A stretch of 61,026 bases of DNA from a virus (Duplodnaviria > Caudoviricetes). The first letter of the stretch is position 1. Each line of letters begins with the position of its first letter. Of this stretch, positions 1 to 9,642 are shown piece by piece. A program made the position numbers and the translations under genes. The stretch lies in IMG/VR virus record IMGVR_UViG_3300048592_001388, positions 1 to 61,026 of that record; one strand, 5' to 3'. The notes beneath the pieces are model-generated. The model did not search any database, had not been told where the DNA came from, and worked only from the letters and a program-made list of their open reading frames with translations.

Positions 1-2391
1 TCACACCGCCTCCGACAGATTGGCGGGTTTCACCCCCAGGATATCGGCTATCAGGCCATCGGCCTTTTGCTCCAGCGCCAGTATGTCCCGCGTCACTGCA
101 TCAAGGCTGCGCAGCGGCTTGTGGCGGTAGAAATACTTGTTGAAGCTGATCTCGTAGCCAATCTTGACCGTGTCGAGGTTGATCCAGGCCTCGGGCACAT
201 GCGGCTTTACCTCAGCCTTGAAATAGCGGTGGATGCTGTCCTTCAGCGGCACCGCCTCGCTGTCGCGCAGATCGGTGCTGGATTCATAGGTCAGCCAGCT
301 GCCATCCGGCTGGGCATAAAGACCGAAGTCGCCCAATTCGTCGATGCCACAGCCCAGTCGCGCCGCTGCTGCCTCCAGCTCCGCCCTCGTGTACCGCTGG
401 ATGCTGTCGATGACTTTTTCCGCATCATCGGCATACCAGCTGACGGCGTTCAGTATCGCGTTCTTATCGGTCGCGGTCAGCTTGATCTTGCGGACCTTCA
501 GCACCTTGCCCACGTGATCGCGGAAGGCATTGAAATCCGCCGTCTCCTCGGTGCCCACGGCCTGCATCAGCTGATGGCTGACCCCGATCAGCTCGCGCTG
601 GCGTAGCCAGAGGGAGGTGTCGACCAGATTGCCACGCTGTTTGGCGTTCAGTGCGATCTCTTGCTCCTCGCACCAGCCCTGGATCGCCTTAGACTGTGAT
701 TTCAGGAAGCCGGGCTCATAAACCTTGTCGCCATGCTCGGCCCACAGATGCTCCATCGGCTCGCGCAGGGATTTGTCGAAGCGCAGGGACTCCAGCCGTT
801 CCGCGCTGAACTGGGCGCGGCGGCGGTCGGGCCGTTCGATGGTGACCTTGTGATAGCCGAAATCTGTGTTGCCGAAGATCTGCACCGCGATGCCGGTCGG
901 ATCGCCGTTCGCGTCAAGTTGGCGCTCGACCGGTTGGAAGGCCTTGTAGGCGGCGATGATTTCGTCGATGTGTTCCGGCGCGAATTCGCAGTTCTTGTCG
1001 CCAAGGTTCTTACGCAACTTTCGGAACACCAGGTTGGCGTCGATCAGTTGCACGCGGCCACGGCGCGCGTCTAGTTTGGCATTGGTCAGAATCCAGATGT
1101 AGGTGGTGATGCCGGTGTTGTAGAATAGGTTGTTGGGCAGCTGGATGATTGTATCCAGCATGTCGTTTTCAATGATGTAGCGGCGGATGTTGGATTCTCC
1201 GCTGCCCGCGTCGCCGGTGAAGAGGCTTGAACCGTTGTGGACGCTGGCGATCCGCGAGCCTATGGTGCTGTTGGCAATGGGCTTCATCTTGCCCACCATT
1301 TCCATCAGGAAGAGCAGCTGCCCATCGCTGGAGCGCGGGGTGGCGTCGACGGTTTCGGTCTTGCCCCAGTAATCGGTCAGTTCTACCTGGAAACGCGGAT
1401 CAATGACGTCGTTACCGTCTTTGATGTGTTTCAGGTCGCTCTTCCAGCTTTTGCCGTAGGGCGGATTCGAAAGCATGAAGTCGAAGCGATGCCCCGAGAA
1501 TTCATCAGTGGCGAGGGTCGAGCCGACCTTGATGTTCTCTGGATTGTTGCCCTTGATCATCATGTCGGATTTGCAGATGGCATAGGTCTCATCGTTGATT
1601 TCCTTGCCACAGAGATAGACATCGCCCTTAGCGGCGATGGACCCTTCGGGATCTTTGATGTAGTTCTGGGCCTCGGTCAGCATCCCCCCACTGCCGCAGG
1701 CGGGGTCGTAGATGGTCATTACGGGCGGCAAATGGCCACTGATCGGGTCAAAGATGAGGTGGGTCATCAGGTGGATGACCTCACGCGGGGTGAAGTGTTC
1801 CCCGGCTTCTTCATTGTTTTCCTCGTTGAACTTGCGGATCAGCTCTTCGAATACATAGCCCATTCCGAGGTTCGACAGGCCAGGCATCATGTTGCCGTCC
1901 GGATCTTCGGCGTCGTGGGGCGTCAGGTTGATGTAAGGCGAGATGAACTTCTCAAGGACGTCGAGAAGCACCTGCTTGTTCGCCATGTGCCGCATCTGCT
2001 CGATCAGCTTGAAGCGGGCGATGATCTCCTTGACGTTGTCGCTGAAGCCGCCGAGGTATTCCTCGACGTTGGCCAGCAGGATCTGCTGGTTGTTCGTTGC
2101 GGTTGCATATATCTGCTTAAGCGTCCACTTGCTGGTGTTGTAAAATACATAGCCCGATGCCGCGGTCAGGGGGGCATCGTCCAGTTCCGTTGCGTTCATC
2201 TCTTCGCGCTGGAAACGGACCTCCTCCACAACAGCCGATTTCGTCGGTTCCAGCAGCGTGTCGAGTCGGCGCAAGACAACCATTGGCAGGATGACGTCAC
2301 GATACTTGCCGCGCACGTAGACGTCGCGGAGGCAATCGTCGGCAATCGACCAGATGAAAGAAATCAGCTTGTTGTGTGCGGCGTGGTTCAA
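1..2391 (-). CDS. hsdM: Type I restriction-modification DNA methyltransferase subunit M
   Basis: 796 aa; N-terminal IWSIAD..LR, GEHFTPRE, SAM motif YDPACGSGG, catalytic NPPY, LFYNTGI. hsdS/hsdR would lie left of the window. Confidence 0.95.
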   Translation of the reverse strand: MNHAAHNKLISFIWSIADDCLRDVYVRGKYRDVILPMVVLRRLDTLLEPTKSAVVEEVRFQREEMNATELDDAPLTAASGYVFYNTSKWTLKQIYATATNNQQILLANVEEYLGGFSDNVKEIIARFKLIEQMRHMANKQVLLDVLEKFISPYINLTPHDAEDPDGNMMPGLSNLGMGYVFEELIRKFNEENNEEAGEHFTPREVIHLMTHLIFDPISGHLPPVMTIYDPACGSGGMLTEAQNYIKDPEGSIAAKGDVYLCGKEINDETYAICKSDMMIKGNNPENIKVGSTLATDEFSGHRFDFMLSNPPYGKSWKSDLKHIKDGNDVIDPRFQVELTDYWGKTETVDATPRSSDGQLLFLMEMVGKMKPIANSTIGSRIASVHNGSSLFTGDAGSGESNIRRYIIENDMLDTIIQLPNNLFYNTGITTYIWILTNAKLDARRGRVQLIDANLVFRKLRKNLGDKNCEFAPEHIDEIIAAYKAFQPVERQLDANGDPTGIAVQIFGNTDFGYHKVTIERPDRRRAQFSAERLESLRFDKSLREPMEHLWAEHGDKVYEPGFLKSQSKAIQGWCEEQEIALNAKQRGNLVDTSLWLRQRELIGVSHQLMQAVGTEETADFNAFRDHVGKVLKVRKIKLTATDKNAILNAVSWYADDAEKVIDSIQRYTRAELEAAAARLGCGIDELGDFGLYAQPDGSWLTYESSTDLRDSEAVPLKDSIHRYFKAEVKPHVPEAWINLDTVKIGYEISFNKYFYRHKPLRSLDAVTRDILALEQKADGLIADILGVKPANLSEAV

Positions 2392-2780
2392 GGCACTTAC
2401 TCGTTTCTGTCTCGATATTCATGACGTTGGATTAGCGGTTCAAAAGGCGTCCAGAACCCCCTTACATCTTCCATTCCCACTGTCGCATTGATTCGAGCGA
2501 AGTCCCGTTCATTCCTGCGACCGCCTCAGACGGAATAGATATCGAGCCGTGCTGCCGTTCTTCCGACCTGAAAAGTGCAAGAGACATACCCAAATCGCCT
2601 CCTAAAGAACATTGCAAGAACGTATGACCCAGGGTAAAATCAGTCAATCATTTTTCGACGCTGGCAGATTGGTTTGATCAAGCGACGTTCTGAGTTCAGG
2701 AGTGAATATGGCCAAGAAAATGCCAGAGCGGCAGGGATAGTCCTGGTTTTCCGGGGCGAGGGAGGTGGATCTCTAGTTAC

Positions 2781-2979
2781 ATAGCCCAGGTGCACGGAAG
2801 CCAGTCGACGTTTGTTCCCGGTTTTGGAGTTACTATCGGCGATACCGTCTAGGCGCCATGCTCGTATCCCTTGTTTGAGAAGAAGGTGGTTCATACGAGC
2901 CTCAATGAGGAGGCGGTCTTAATCGACGGCGGCTACTGCGCCAACAATCCAACGCTCTACGCAATCGCCGACGCGATCG
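2781..2979 (+). pseudogene. Internal fragment of a patatin-like phospholipase (CBASS CapV-like effector type)
   Basis: One frame reads IAQVHGSQSTFVPGFGVTIGDTV*APCSYPLFEKK...LIDGGYCANNPTLYAIADA, with the patatin DGG..ANNP motif and an in-frame TAG at 2850-2852. No GxSxG region; truncated next to the ietS 3' end. Confidence 0.7.
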
Positions 2980-2989
2980 ACCGTCGCCA

Positions 2990-5533
2990 TCAATCTCGAG
3001 AAAGTCCTATCTGTACTTGCTGCGCCTCTACTAGAGCGGAAATCTCCGAATATAGATCAATCGTCTGTTCTGGCGCAGAAATCGAGATTACTAGTGAGTA
3101 GCGAGCTTTATCTGAAGCACGCCTTTGGCCTGCATGAGACTTCCACCATCCCCCAACTGGATAAATGGCAATTGCGTCATGCAGAGCAAGATCTGCTGCA
3201 TAGCCGCGCCACATATCGCAATGTAGAGATCCTGCCTGGATTGCCTTGAGGCCAAGCAGCCAATAGCTCTGCTCATGATCAGTGTGAGTGCCATCGTTCG
3301 GCTGACTCGACGATATTCGCCTCCTGAATCGTGCGTCCGTCTCTGCGCGCTTCTTCATTTCAAATCGCAGCCCAAATGAACGATATGTGTCCGGACGCGT
3401 AGCTGCCCGACCGGTGAGGTTGGGTTCTATGAAATAGGAGAGCGTCACCTTCATGGTGACAATCTCATTCTCCAACAATTCGAGAGCCGAAGTCGGCCAC
3501 GGGAGTTGATAAATGTGCATTTCATTGAATACGGCTGAGCCGCCCGTGCTTTGCGAATAGGGCTGTATCTCAGCCTGTGCAACAAGTGTTACATCGTTGC
3601 GCGCCGACATGACTGCACGCGAGAGTTCTGGAACTCCATAACCGACTTCTCTGAGCGCTTGTCTCATCTGAGCCTTGGATCCACTCTTCCAATGCGCTCC
3701 GCGCCCTATGAATTTCGTCCGGATTGGTCCAGGCCACCGGGCTGAATCCACAGTAAGGGCGCGGTGTGTTTCTGGCCAGAGATGGGGCAGTGCTGCCTGC
3801 AGTTGCCCGACGAAATTGCCGGCGACACCAACCGCCGCGCTTGTAGCCCAAAACGGAACCAAGGGATTTGAAACCGTGTCGGAACCGGTCGACAAGAGCG
3901 ATACGGCCGGATTCCAATCACAAAATCCGCTTTCATCGGCTAGCATATTCCCTGCTTCGAATAGCACTTCCGGCTTGATCGGCACCAAGTCGTCAGGGAG
4001 TGAGTGCGAGCCCCTACTAAATGGGCTGCGATGATTGGCGGCAACTGCGGGCGTTAGAGCCGGCGGTGGTGGCGGAGGTTGGTCTTTTCGGGTTATTCCT
4101 CCCACGGTCAAAGCGTTCCAGCTTTGCGACGGGTCTTCGAGGGGCTTGCACGGAAGAACATCTTCCATCATTCCTTCAAGCGAATTCCCTGTTGAAACCA
4201 CTATCAGGCGCTTGGGTCGTGCAGATGCAGGTATTGCTTCTTCGGCCTCAATCGGCATAGCCCCCGCAGCAATCTGGTCTAGCGCTCCGCTCCAGGTTGA
4301 GGGGCGATGTGGTGGAAAATCTGTTGTGGACACCGCCAGACAAAAGCTTCGGAGAACACCTGGTCGTTCTGACTCCACTGAGCTGATTGCTCCTTGTGTG
4401 ACAAGGCCATAGCTAGGTGGATCCGTCGCTGGAAAGCCCAACGGGGGAAGAAGCTTCATTGATTCAACGCCATGGGTGAGCTGAATCGCATTAGCTCCAT
4501 TCATCAGAGGCTCGAGATCACCATGCAATACTAACCCGGCCAAGGGGGTACCGTGACCTCCGTCGGCGTGGTGATCATCTGCGCCCCAGGCTGCGTCATA
4601 TGCCCATGCGCCACGCAATCCCGGTGAGATAAGTGGATGACCAGAGGATATTCCGGTATCAAGCGTGCAAACTACCGGAGAGTTCTCAGGCGGCGCCACC
4701 ACACGCGCGGAAAGTTCTGCAACCCACTCGTGCTGATTTACCCCCTGGCCTCCGCTAAGAAATATCTCGATGGTACCAGTGGCCTTCCGGACCTCCGTGA
4801 TGGCGCCAGGGATGAGCGCAGCAAATGAGGCGATGCGACCGGCAGACGAATGTAGAAAAATTACGGTAGTGTCCGGAAAGAACAGGCGGTCTGAATGCAC
4901 GTCTATGCCCTCTCCGACGGCAGCCGAAGTGATCCGATCCGCGAGAATGCGGGGTTGGCGAATCCATAGTTCCCACCAGCCAACTTCGGCGTTCGCAAGA
5001 TCTACATCGCCTGTGAACAGTGAAGAGAGGTTGACAGCCCGAACTTCTTCTATGACCTCAAACCGCTCGACATCTGGCCTTTGTTGATTTCCAGGGTTAC
5101 GACCGTAGTTCTCGATGCGCATACGCAAGTAGTCGCTGGCCTCGTCCGGAATGAAAAGAAGTGCACTTTCGGACCGATTTTCATTTCTCGTCGTGCGCAA
5201 CACAGATATTTCCTGTGCCGGAAAATCCAGATTGCTAGGAAGCTTCACGGCGGTCGCGCGCGAAGTCTCGGCCGGAGGCATTGTATGAACTTCAACTACT
5301 CGACCAAGCTTTATCCCCTCAATCAGTATGCGAGAGTCATCCTGCCCTGTAGGCCGAGCACTGAGTGCTTGCGCCAGCTGAACGAGTAAAGCCTCCGCGT
5401 GAGCGGCATAATCATCGCGTAGTGGTCTGCGTTCTTGTCTGCGGGAAGGGAATGTATAGTCGAGCTTCTCAACAAAGCGATCAATGGAAAGGTGGGGAAG
5501 GCGCCGTTCCCCGAAGCTGTCAGTTTCCGGCAT
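2990..5533 (-). CDS. ietS: S8 subtilisin-like serine peptidase, IetS-type
   Basis: 847 aa; catalytic-type motifs LDTG, GHGT, ATSAA, plus SPFSR and IKPEV; directly downstream of the AAA ATPase. Confidence 0.88.
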   Translation of the reverse strand: MPETDSFGERRLPHLSIDRFVEKLDYTFPSRRQERRPLRDDYAAHAEALLVQLAQALSARPTGQDDSRILIEGIKLGRVVEVHTMPPAETSRATAVKLPSNLDFPAQEISVLRTTRNENRSESALLFIPDEASDYLRMRIENYGRNPGNQQRPDVERFEVIEEVRAVNLSSLFTGDVDLANAEVGWWELWIRQPRILADRITSAAVGEGIDVHSDRLFFPDTTVIFLHSSAGRIASFAALIPGAITEVRKATGTIEIFLSGGQGVNQHEWVAELSARVVAPPENSPVVCTLDTGISSGHPLISPGLRGAWAYDAAWGADDHHADGGHGTPLAGLVLHGDLEPLMNGANAIQLTHGVESMKLLPPLGFPATDPPSYGLVTQGAISSVESERPGVLRSFCLAVSTTDFPPHRPSTWSGALDQIAAGAMPIEAEEAIPASARPKRLIVVSTGNSLEGMMEDVLPCKPLEDPSQSWNALTVGGITRKDQPPPPPPALTPAVAANHRSPFSRGSHSLPDDLVPIKPEVLFEAGNMLADESGFCDWNPAVSLLSTGSDTVSNPLVPFWATSAAVGVAGNFVGQLQAALPHLWPETHRALTVDSARWPGPIRTKFIGRGAHWKSGSKAQMRQALREVGYGVPELSRAVMSARNDVTLVAQAEIQPYSQSTGGSAVFNEMHIYQLPWPTSALELLENEIVTMKVTLSYFIEPNLTGRAATRPDTYRSFGLRFEMKKRAETDARFRRRISSSQPNDGTHTDHEQSYWLLGLKAIQAGSLHCDMWRGYAADLALHDAIAIYPVGGWWKSHAGQRRASDKARYSLVISISAPEQTIDLYSEISALVEAQQVQIGLSRD

Positions 5534-5583
5534 GTGATCCTGTCAGATGATAGGTCGCCTCTTTGGATGACATAGCAGTTTGC

Positions 5584-6594
5584 CTATCTAGTAGCTGAGT
5601 GCCGGAATTTGTCTTTCAGCGATTTACGATTTTGCAATGCCATGCGTAGAGCGTCGGCAGAGGCCCTTGATGCCCCCTCTATGATAGCATCTTTGATAAC
5701 TGCATCTGCTGCGCGCACCAGTTCTCCTTGACTTAACCCAATGAGGGTTGCCTCCAGATCGGGCCAGAATTTTGCGGCAAACTTGAATTGTCCCAGCCTT
5801 TTTTCGATGATTGCACGCGCCGCTGCCGCATCAGGCAATTGATATTCTATTACTTCATCAAAGCGTCGGGCCAAAGCTTCGTCCAGGATCTCAACATGAT
5901 TTGTTGCGGCCAGAACGAGGCTGTCAGTTGAATTGGGCTCTTCCATGAAAGCCAAAACCGAGTTTAGAACGCGCCGGATTTCACCTACGTCATTCGGATC
6001 ACCTCGGCGAGCACCAATTGCATCGAACTCGTCGAGTAGATAAACGCCGCGTGTTTGGGCAATTTGATCGAACAAGAGTCGGAGCTTTCCAGCAGTTTCG
6101 CCAAGGTAGCGACTGAAGAGAGCCTCCAAGCGAACGGTGAATAGCGGCAAGTGCAATTCGCCGGCCAGCGCTGAAGCTGTCATCGTCTTCCCTGTGCCGG
6201 GCAGACCCACAAGAAGCATATGGGTTGCCGGAGTTTGACCGTGTTCACGCAACGTAGCGCGCTGCTGTTGTTGACGGACAATCCGATTCAGGCGTTCTAC
6301 AATTTCTGCAGACAACACCATGTTTGTGAGTCGAACCTTTGGGTAGGTGCTTTCTACGAGACCCTGTAACTCACTTCGTGGCCGGGCAAGAGGAATCGGT
6401 GTCTGTCCACCTGCAACCTTGCCAAGTCGTCGTTGGTCTCTCGCCTTTTGGACCAACTTCTTGATCTTCTCTGCTTCCTCGGAGTGCCCTTGTCGCGCTT
6501 CCTGTGCCGCGATCTGCATAGCTAATGACAAAAGCTGATCTTCGTCTCCGTCGATATGCGAGTTGAGGAGCGCTAAAATATGCTTTGTCGACAT
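5584..6594 (-). CDS. ietA: AAA+ ATPase, IetA-type
   Basis: 336 aa; Walker A GLPGTGKT, Walker B LLDEFD, AATNH, LARRFD; N-terminus (QIAAQEARQGH) typical of S8-coupled ATPases. Confidence 0.9.
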   Translation of the reverse strand: MSTKHILALLNSHIDGDEDQLLSLAMQIAAQEARQGHSEEAEKIKKLVQKARDQRRLGKVAGGQTPIPLARPRSELQGLVESTYPKVRLTNMVLSAEIVERLNRIVRQQQQRATLREHGQTPATHMLLVGLPGTGKTMTASALAGELHLPLFTVRLEALFSRYLGETAGKLRLLFDQIAQTRGVYLLDEFDAIGARRGDPNDVGEIRRVLNSVLAFMEEPNSTDSLVLAATNHVEILDEALARRFDEVIEYQLPDAAAARAIIEKRLGQFKFAAKFWPDLEATLIGLSQGELVRAADAVIKDAIIEGASRASADALRMALQNRKSLKDKFRHSATR

Positions 6595-6689
6595 TTCTAT
6601 CCTCCTCTTGATGCGCGGAGATTTGCAAGTGCACGCTCATATTGAAAAGGGAGCCTTAAAACGCTAGCTTAGCAGACCGTAAAAAACCA

Positions 6690-7118
6690 CTAATATTCCT
6701 GAACGACACTCATAGATCTATGGACGCCCAATAGGTTCCCCTCGTTCATCAACCTCGATTGTTCACTCCAAGACCTGCTGGCAGTTCCGATTAAGCCTTT
6801 CAATGAAACCGAAGATGGAAAACCCTCTATGAGCAGGCCGAGGACCTCAGGAGACAGGTAGGCCAGCCGCATGGTCCGACTGACAAACCGTTCTGTCACC
6901 CCCTCCAACTTTGCCAGATCGCCTGCCGTTGCGACGTCGCCGCTCTCCAGTCTCCGTCGCCATGCCCAGGCCCGTCCTAGTGCCTTGAGAATGTGTGGAT
7001 CTTGTGCACGCGCCTGCCGGGCGGCTACGTCTTCCGGTGGCAGGATCCTGGGGCGCCCGTTGCGGCGGCGGATTGCAAGCGGAATCACGATCCGAATAGT
7101 GTCGTTGGAACTGCTCAT
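6690..7118 (-). CDS. Recombinase-associated hypothetical protein with HTH-like segment
   Basis: IPLAIRRRNGRPRIL and ALGRAWAWRRRLESG..LAYLSP pattern, typical downstream of DUF2924-linked recombinases; 4-nt overlap with the recombinase. Confidence 0.75.
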   Translation of the reverse strand: MSSSNDTIRIVIPLAIRRRNGRPRILPPEDVAARQARAQDPHILKALGRAWAWRRRLESGDVATAGDLAKLEGVTERFVSRTMRLAYLSPEVLGLLIEGFPSSVSLKGLIGTASRSWSEQSRLMNEGNLLGVHRSMSVVQEY

Positions 7119-8443
7119 TCGGCCTCCTTGTTGGTGCTGACATTCAGGTCCCGGATGAGAGTAGCGATGCCATTATTGCGAAATTCCACGGCCATGCCGT
7201 TGGGGCCCACCGTGACCCTGTCGACGAGAAGCCGCACGATGCGCGCCTGCTCTGCCGGAAAGAGCGCTTCCCACAGGTCGTTGAAACGTCGTAGGGCCGC
7301 AATGATCGCGCGCTCATCCATGGGCAGGCCGTTGCGGCCCTGCGCCTCGATCACGCGGGCGGCGACCTCGGGTGCGCTGATGATGCGTCGCATCTCGGCG
7401 ACGACCGCACCCTCGACCATAGCGGCGGCAAGCCGCATGGGGCCCGCACCGCCCCCCGTGTCGCGATTCCGGATCAGGTCCATCGATGTGTAGTAGTGGT
7501 AGAGCCTCTCGCTCTTTCGCGTGTAGGTCGGGGTCATGGCGGCGCCGGTGTCTGTGAAGATGATACCCTTGAGCAGCGCCTCGGAGCTGTTCCGGTTCTT
7601 GGCGCGCCGCTCGCGCGGGCTCTCTTTCAGGTTGGTGTGAACGCGGTCCCACAAGTCCTGAGAGATGATGGCCTCGTGCTCGCCGGGATGGGATGTACCC
7701 TTGTGGACCGCCTCGCCCAAATAGACCCGGTTGTTGATGAGCTTGTAGATGAAGCCCTTGTCGATGCGATTGCCGCGCTTGTTGCGAACGTCCTCGGCTT
7801 GCAGGGCGCGCGCCAGTGTGGAGGCGGAGCCGAGAGCGGCGAAGCGCTCGAAGATCATCCACACCGTTGCCGCCTCCGCTGTGTTGACCACCAGCTTGCG
7901 GTCCTTCACGTCATAGCCCATCGGCACGAAGCCACCCATCCACATTCCGCGCCTACGCGACGCCGCGAACTTGTCGCGAATGCGTTCACCGATGACCTCG
8001 CGCTCGAACTGGGCAAAGCTGAGCAGGATGTTGAGGGTCAGCCGCCCCATAGAGGTGGTCGTATTGAATGACTGGGTGACGGACACGAAGGTGACGCTGT
8101 TGCGGTCGAAAACTTCGACCAGCTTTGCGAAATCCATCAGCGAGCGGGATAGGCGGTCGATCTTGTAGACGACAATGACATCAATGAGCCCTGCCTCGAT
8201 GTCGGCAAGCAGCTGCTTCAGCGCTGGGCGCTCCAGTGTGCCGCCGGAGAACCCACCGTCGTCATAGCGCTCGCGGATAGCAGCCCAGCCTTCCGCTCTC
8301 TGGCTGGCGACATAGGCTTCGCAGGCCTCCCGCTGGGCTTCGAGGGAGTTGAACTCCATGTCGAGGCCTTCCTCGGATGACTTGCGGGTGTAGATGGCAC
8401 AGCGGGAACGCTTCGGCATCGGGATCACGGATGGCTTGTTCAT
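7115..8443 (-). CDS. Large serine site-specific recombinase (integrase)
   Basis: CAIYTRKS, YDDGGFSGG, VYKIDRLSRS, FAQFERE. Start placed at MNKPS (8443), with an ATGA overlap with the upstream gene. Confidence 0.93.
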   Translation of the reverse strand: MNKPSVIPMPKRSRCAIYTRKSSEEGLDMEFNSLEAQREACEAYVASQRAEGWAAIRERYDDGGFSGGTLERPALKQLLADIEAGLIDVIVVYKIDRLSRSLMDFAKLVEVFDRNSVTFVSVTQSFNTTTSMGRLTLNILLSFAQFEREVIGERIRDKFAASRRRGMWMGGFVPMGYDVKDRKLVVNTAEAATVWMIFERFAALGSASTLARALQAEDVRNKRGNRIDKGFIYKLINNRVYLGEAVHKGTSHPGEHEAIISQDLWDRVHTNLKESPRERRAKNRNSSEALLKGIIFTDTGAAMTPTYTRKSERLYHYYTSMDLIRNRDTGGGAGPMRLAAAMVEGAVVAEMRRIISAPEVAARVIEAQGRNGLPMDERAIIAALRRFNDLWEALFPAEQARIVRLLVDRVTVGPNGMAVEFRNNGIATLIRDLNVSTNKEAE

Positions 8444-8955
8444 GCCCGGTTCCCTTTCTTGCCGCCCATGCCGAAGAAGCGAAATCCGTTCCAGCTCGTG
8501 CCCGTAATGGCCTTGGCGATGGCGGAGAGGGAACGGTACTTGCGGCCCTGCCATTCGTATCCGTCAGCCAACACCGTGACCGCATGTTCCACCCCGTCCC
8601 ACTCCCGCATGAGCCGCGTTCCGGGCATGGGATTTCTTGCATCAACCGACATGCTCTTTCGCGCGACCTTGCCTTCCGCCTCGTCGGCGAGAAGATCAAG
8701 CACGCGGCGGGTTTCGCGGCTCAGGCCGCCGTAGATCAGTTCCTGGATGCGATACCCGATCCGCAACTCCAGAAAGGCCCGCGCGTTGTTGGGAGCAGGC
8801 GTGCCAAACAGGGTCTCCCACTTGGCCTTTAGCTCATTCACCGACAGCCGCTGCGTCGCCGCTAGCTGGGCAAGCACGGCCCCGTCTGTGGCGGCATCCT
8901 CACCAGGTCGCGGCAGGGGTTGTGGCTTCGGTTTCGTCGCGGTCTTCATCATCAC
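8440..8955 (-). CDS. DUF2924 family protein
   Basis: YRIQELIYGGL, PGTRLMREWDG, SLSAIAKAITGTSWNGFRFFG; canonical position upstream of a serine recombinase. Confidence 0.9.
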   Translation of the reverse strand: MMMKTATKPKPQPLPRPGEDAATDGAVLAQLAATQRLSVNELKAKWETLFGTPAPNNARAFLELRIGYRIQELIYGGLSRETRRVLDLLADEAEGKVARKSMSVDARNPMPGTRLMREWDGVEHAVTVLADGYEWQGRKYRSLSAIAKAITGTSWNGFRFFGMGGKKGNRA

Positions 8956-9170
8956 CCTCCAACTCGGTTGCGAAGTTTGCGACGATGAACACCGCTCTTC
9001 AGGGGCGAGAAGTCGACCAAACTGTCTCGGGCAGCCGCAGATAAAGTGCTGGACTGTTGAGGCAGGATACGACGCAGGCCGGCGCTTAGAATCTGCGCCA
9101 GTTCATCGAGGCGCTCGGACGGCATCATGCGTTCCGGCGGGGTCCAGTTTGGGGGTGGTGCGCTGCTCAT
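8952..9170 (-). CDS. Small hypothetical protein of the recombinase cassette
   Basis: PERMMPSERLDELAQILSAGLRRI motif; overlaps the DUF2924 start; start inferred at MSSAP. Confidence 0.6.
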   Translation of the reverse strand: MSSAPPPNWTPPERMMPSERLDELAQILSAGLRRILPQQSSTLSAAARDSLVDFSPLKSGVHRRKLRNRVGG

Positions 9171-9317
9171 CAAGACCGTTTGCGTTTGATGTTGATGGGC
9201 AAGTGAAGCGCTGCGAAACGCCCCAAAGCAAGCTCGTTTCAGCGCATCGAAAACCGCAGGCAAACCTTCGAAATCGAGCGGGCTACTGTCGTGTGGATAA
9301 CCCGTGAGTCCCGGTCA

Positions 9318-9623
9318 CTACTCGTGCCATGTGACGGGGACATTCTGGCGAATCGCCCATGAAAGCCATGCGTCGAAGGTGCTTCGGAATGCCGTTTTCG
9401 CTTCTGGCAAATCCTCGGCGTCACCGCTGCCATTCAGTGCGGCTCCTGGCAGATAGGGGCCGGTCACGGTCCAGAGCCAGCCATGCCTGCTGCCACTTCG
9501 GAGCGTTGCGAAGATGCGGCCGGCGGTATGGTCTGCGACCATCACGCGGAAATCATTCTCGCCGCTCCGGGCCAGATGCAGCTGCTGATCGACGAAGATG
9601 CGCGGGTCGAATCTGTGATGCAT
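9318..9623 (-). CDS. Hypothetical protein
   Basis: 101 aa, co-directional just downstream of recD2; Trp-rich globular composition (AGRIF..WLWTV..EAKTAFR..W). Confidence 0.6.
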   Translation of the reverse strand: MHHRFDPRIFVDQQLHLARSGENDFRVMVADHTAGRIFATLRSGSRHGWLWTVTGPYLPGAALNGSGDAEDLPEAKTAFRSTFDAWLSWAIRQNVPVTWHE

Positions 9624-9642
9624 GGCGAAGTCTTATGATTCA

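Noticed and set aside
2462-2894. Short ORFs 2462-2647 and 2640-2894
   Set aside because: No recognisable motif; the second is antisense to the patatin relic.
6595-6690. attL site
   Set aside because: No partner repeat is visible, the right end is outside the window, and serine recombinase cores are too short to call by eye.
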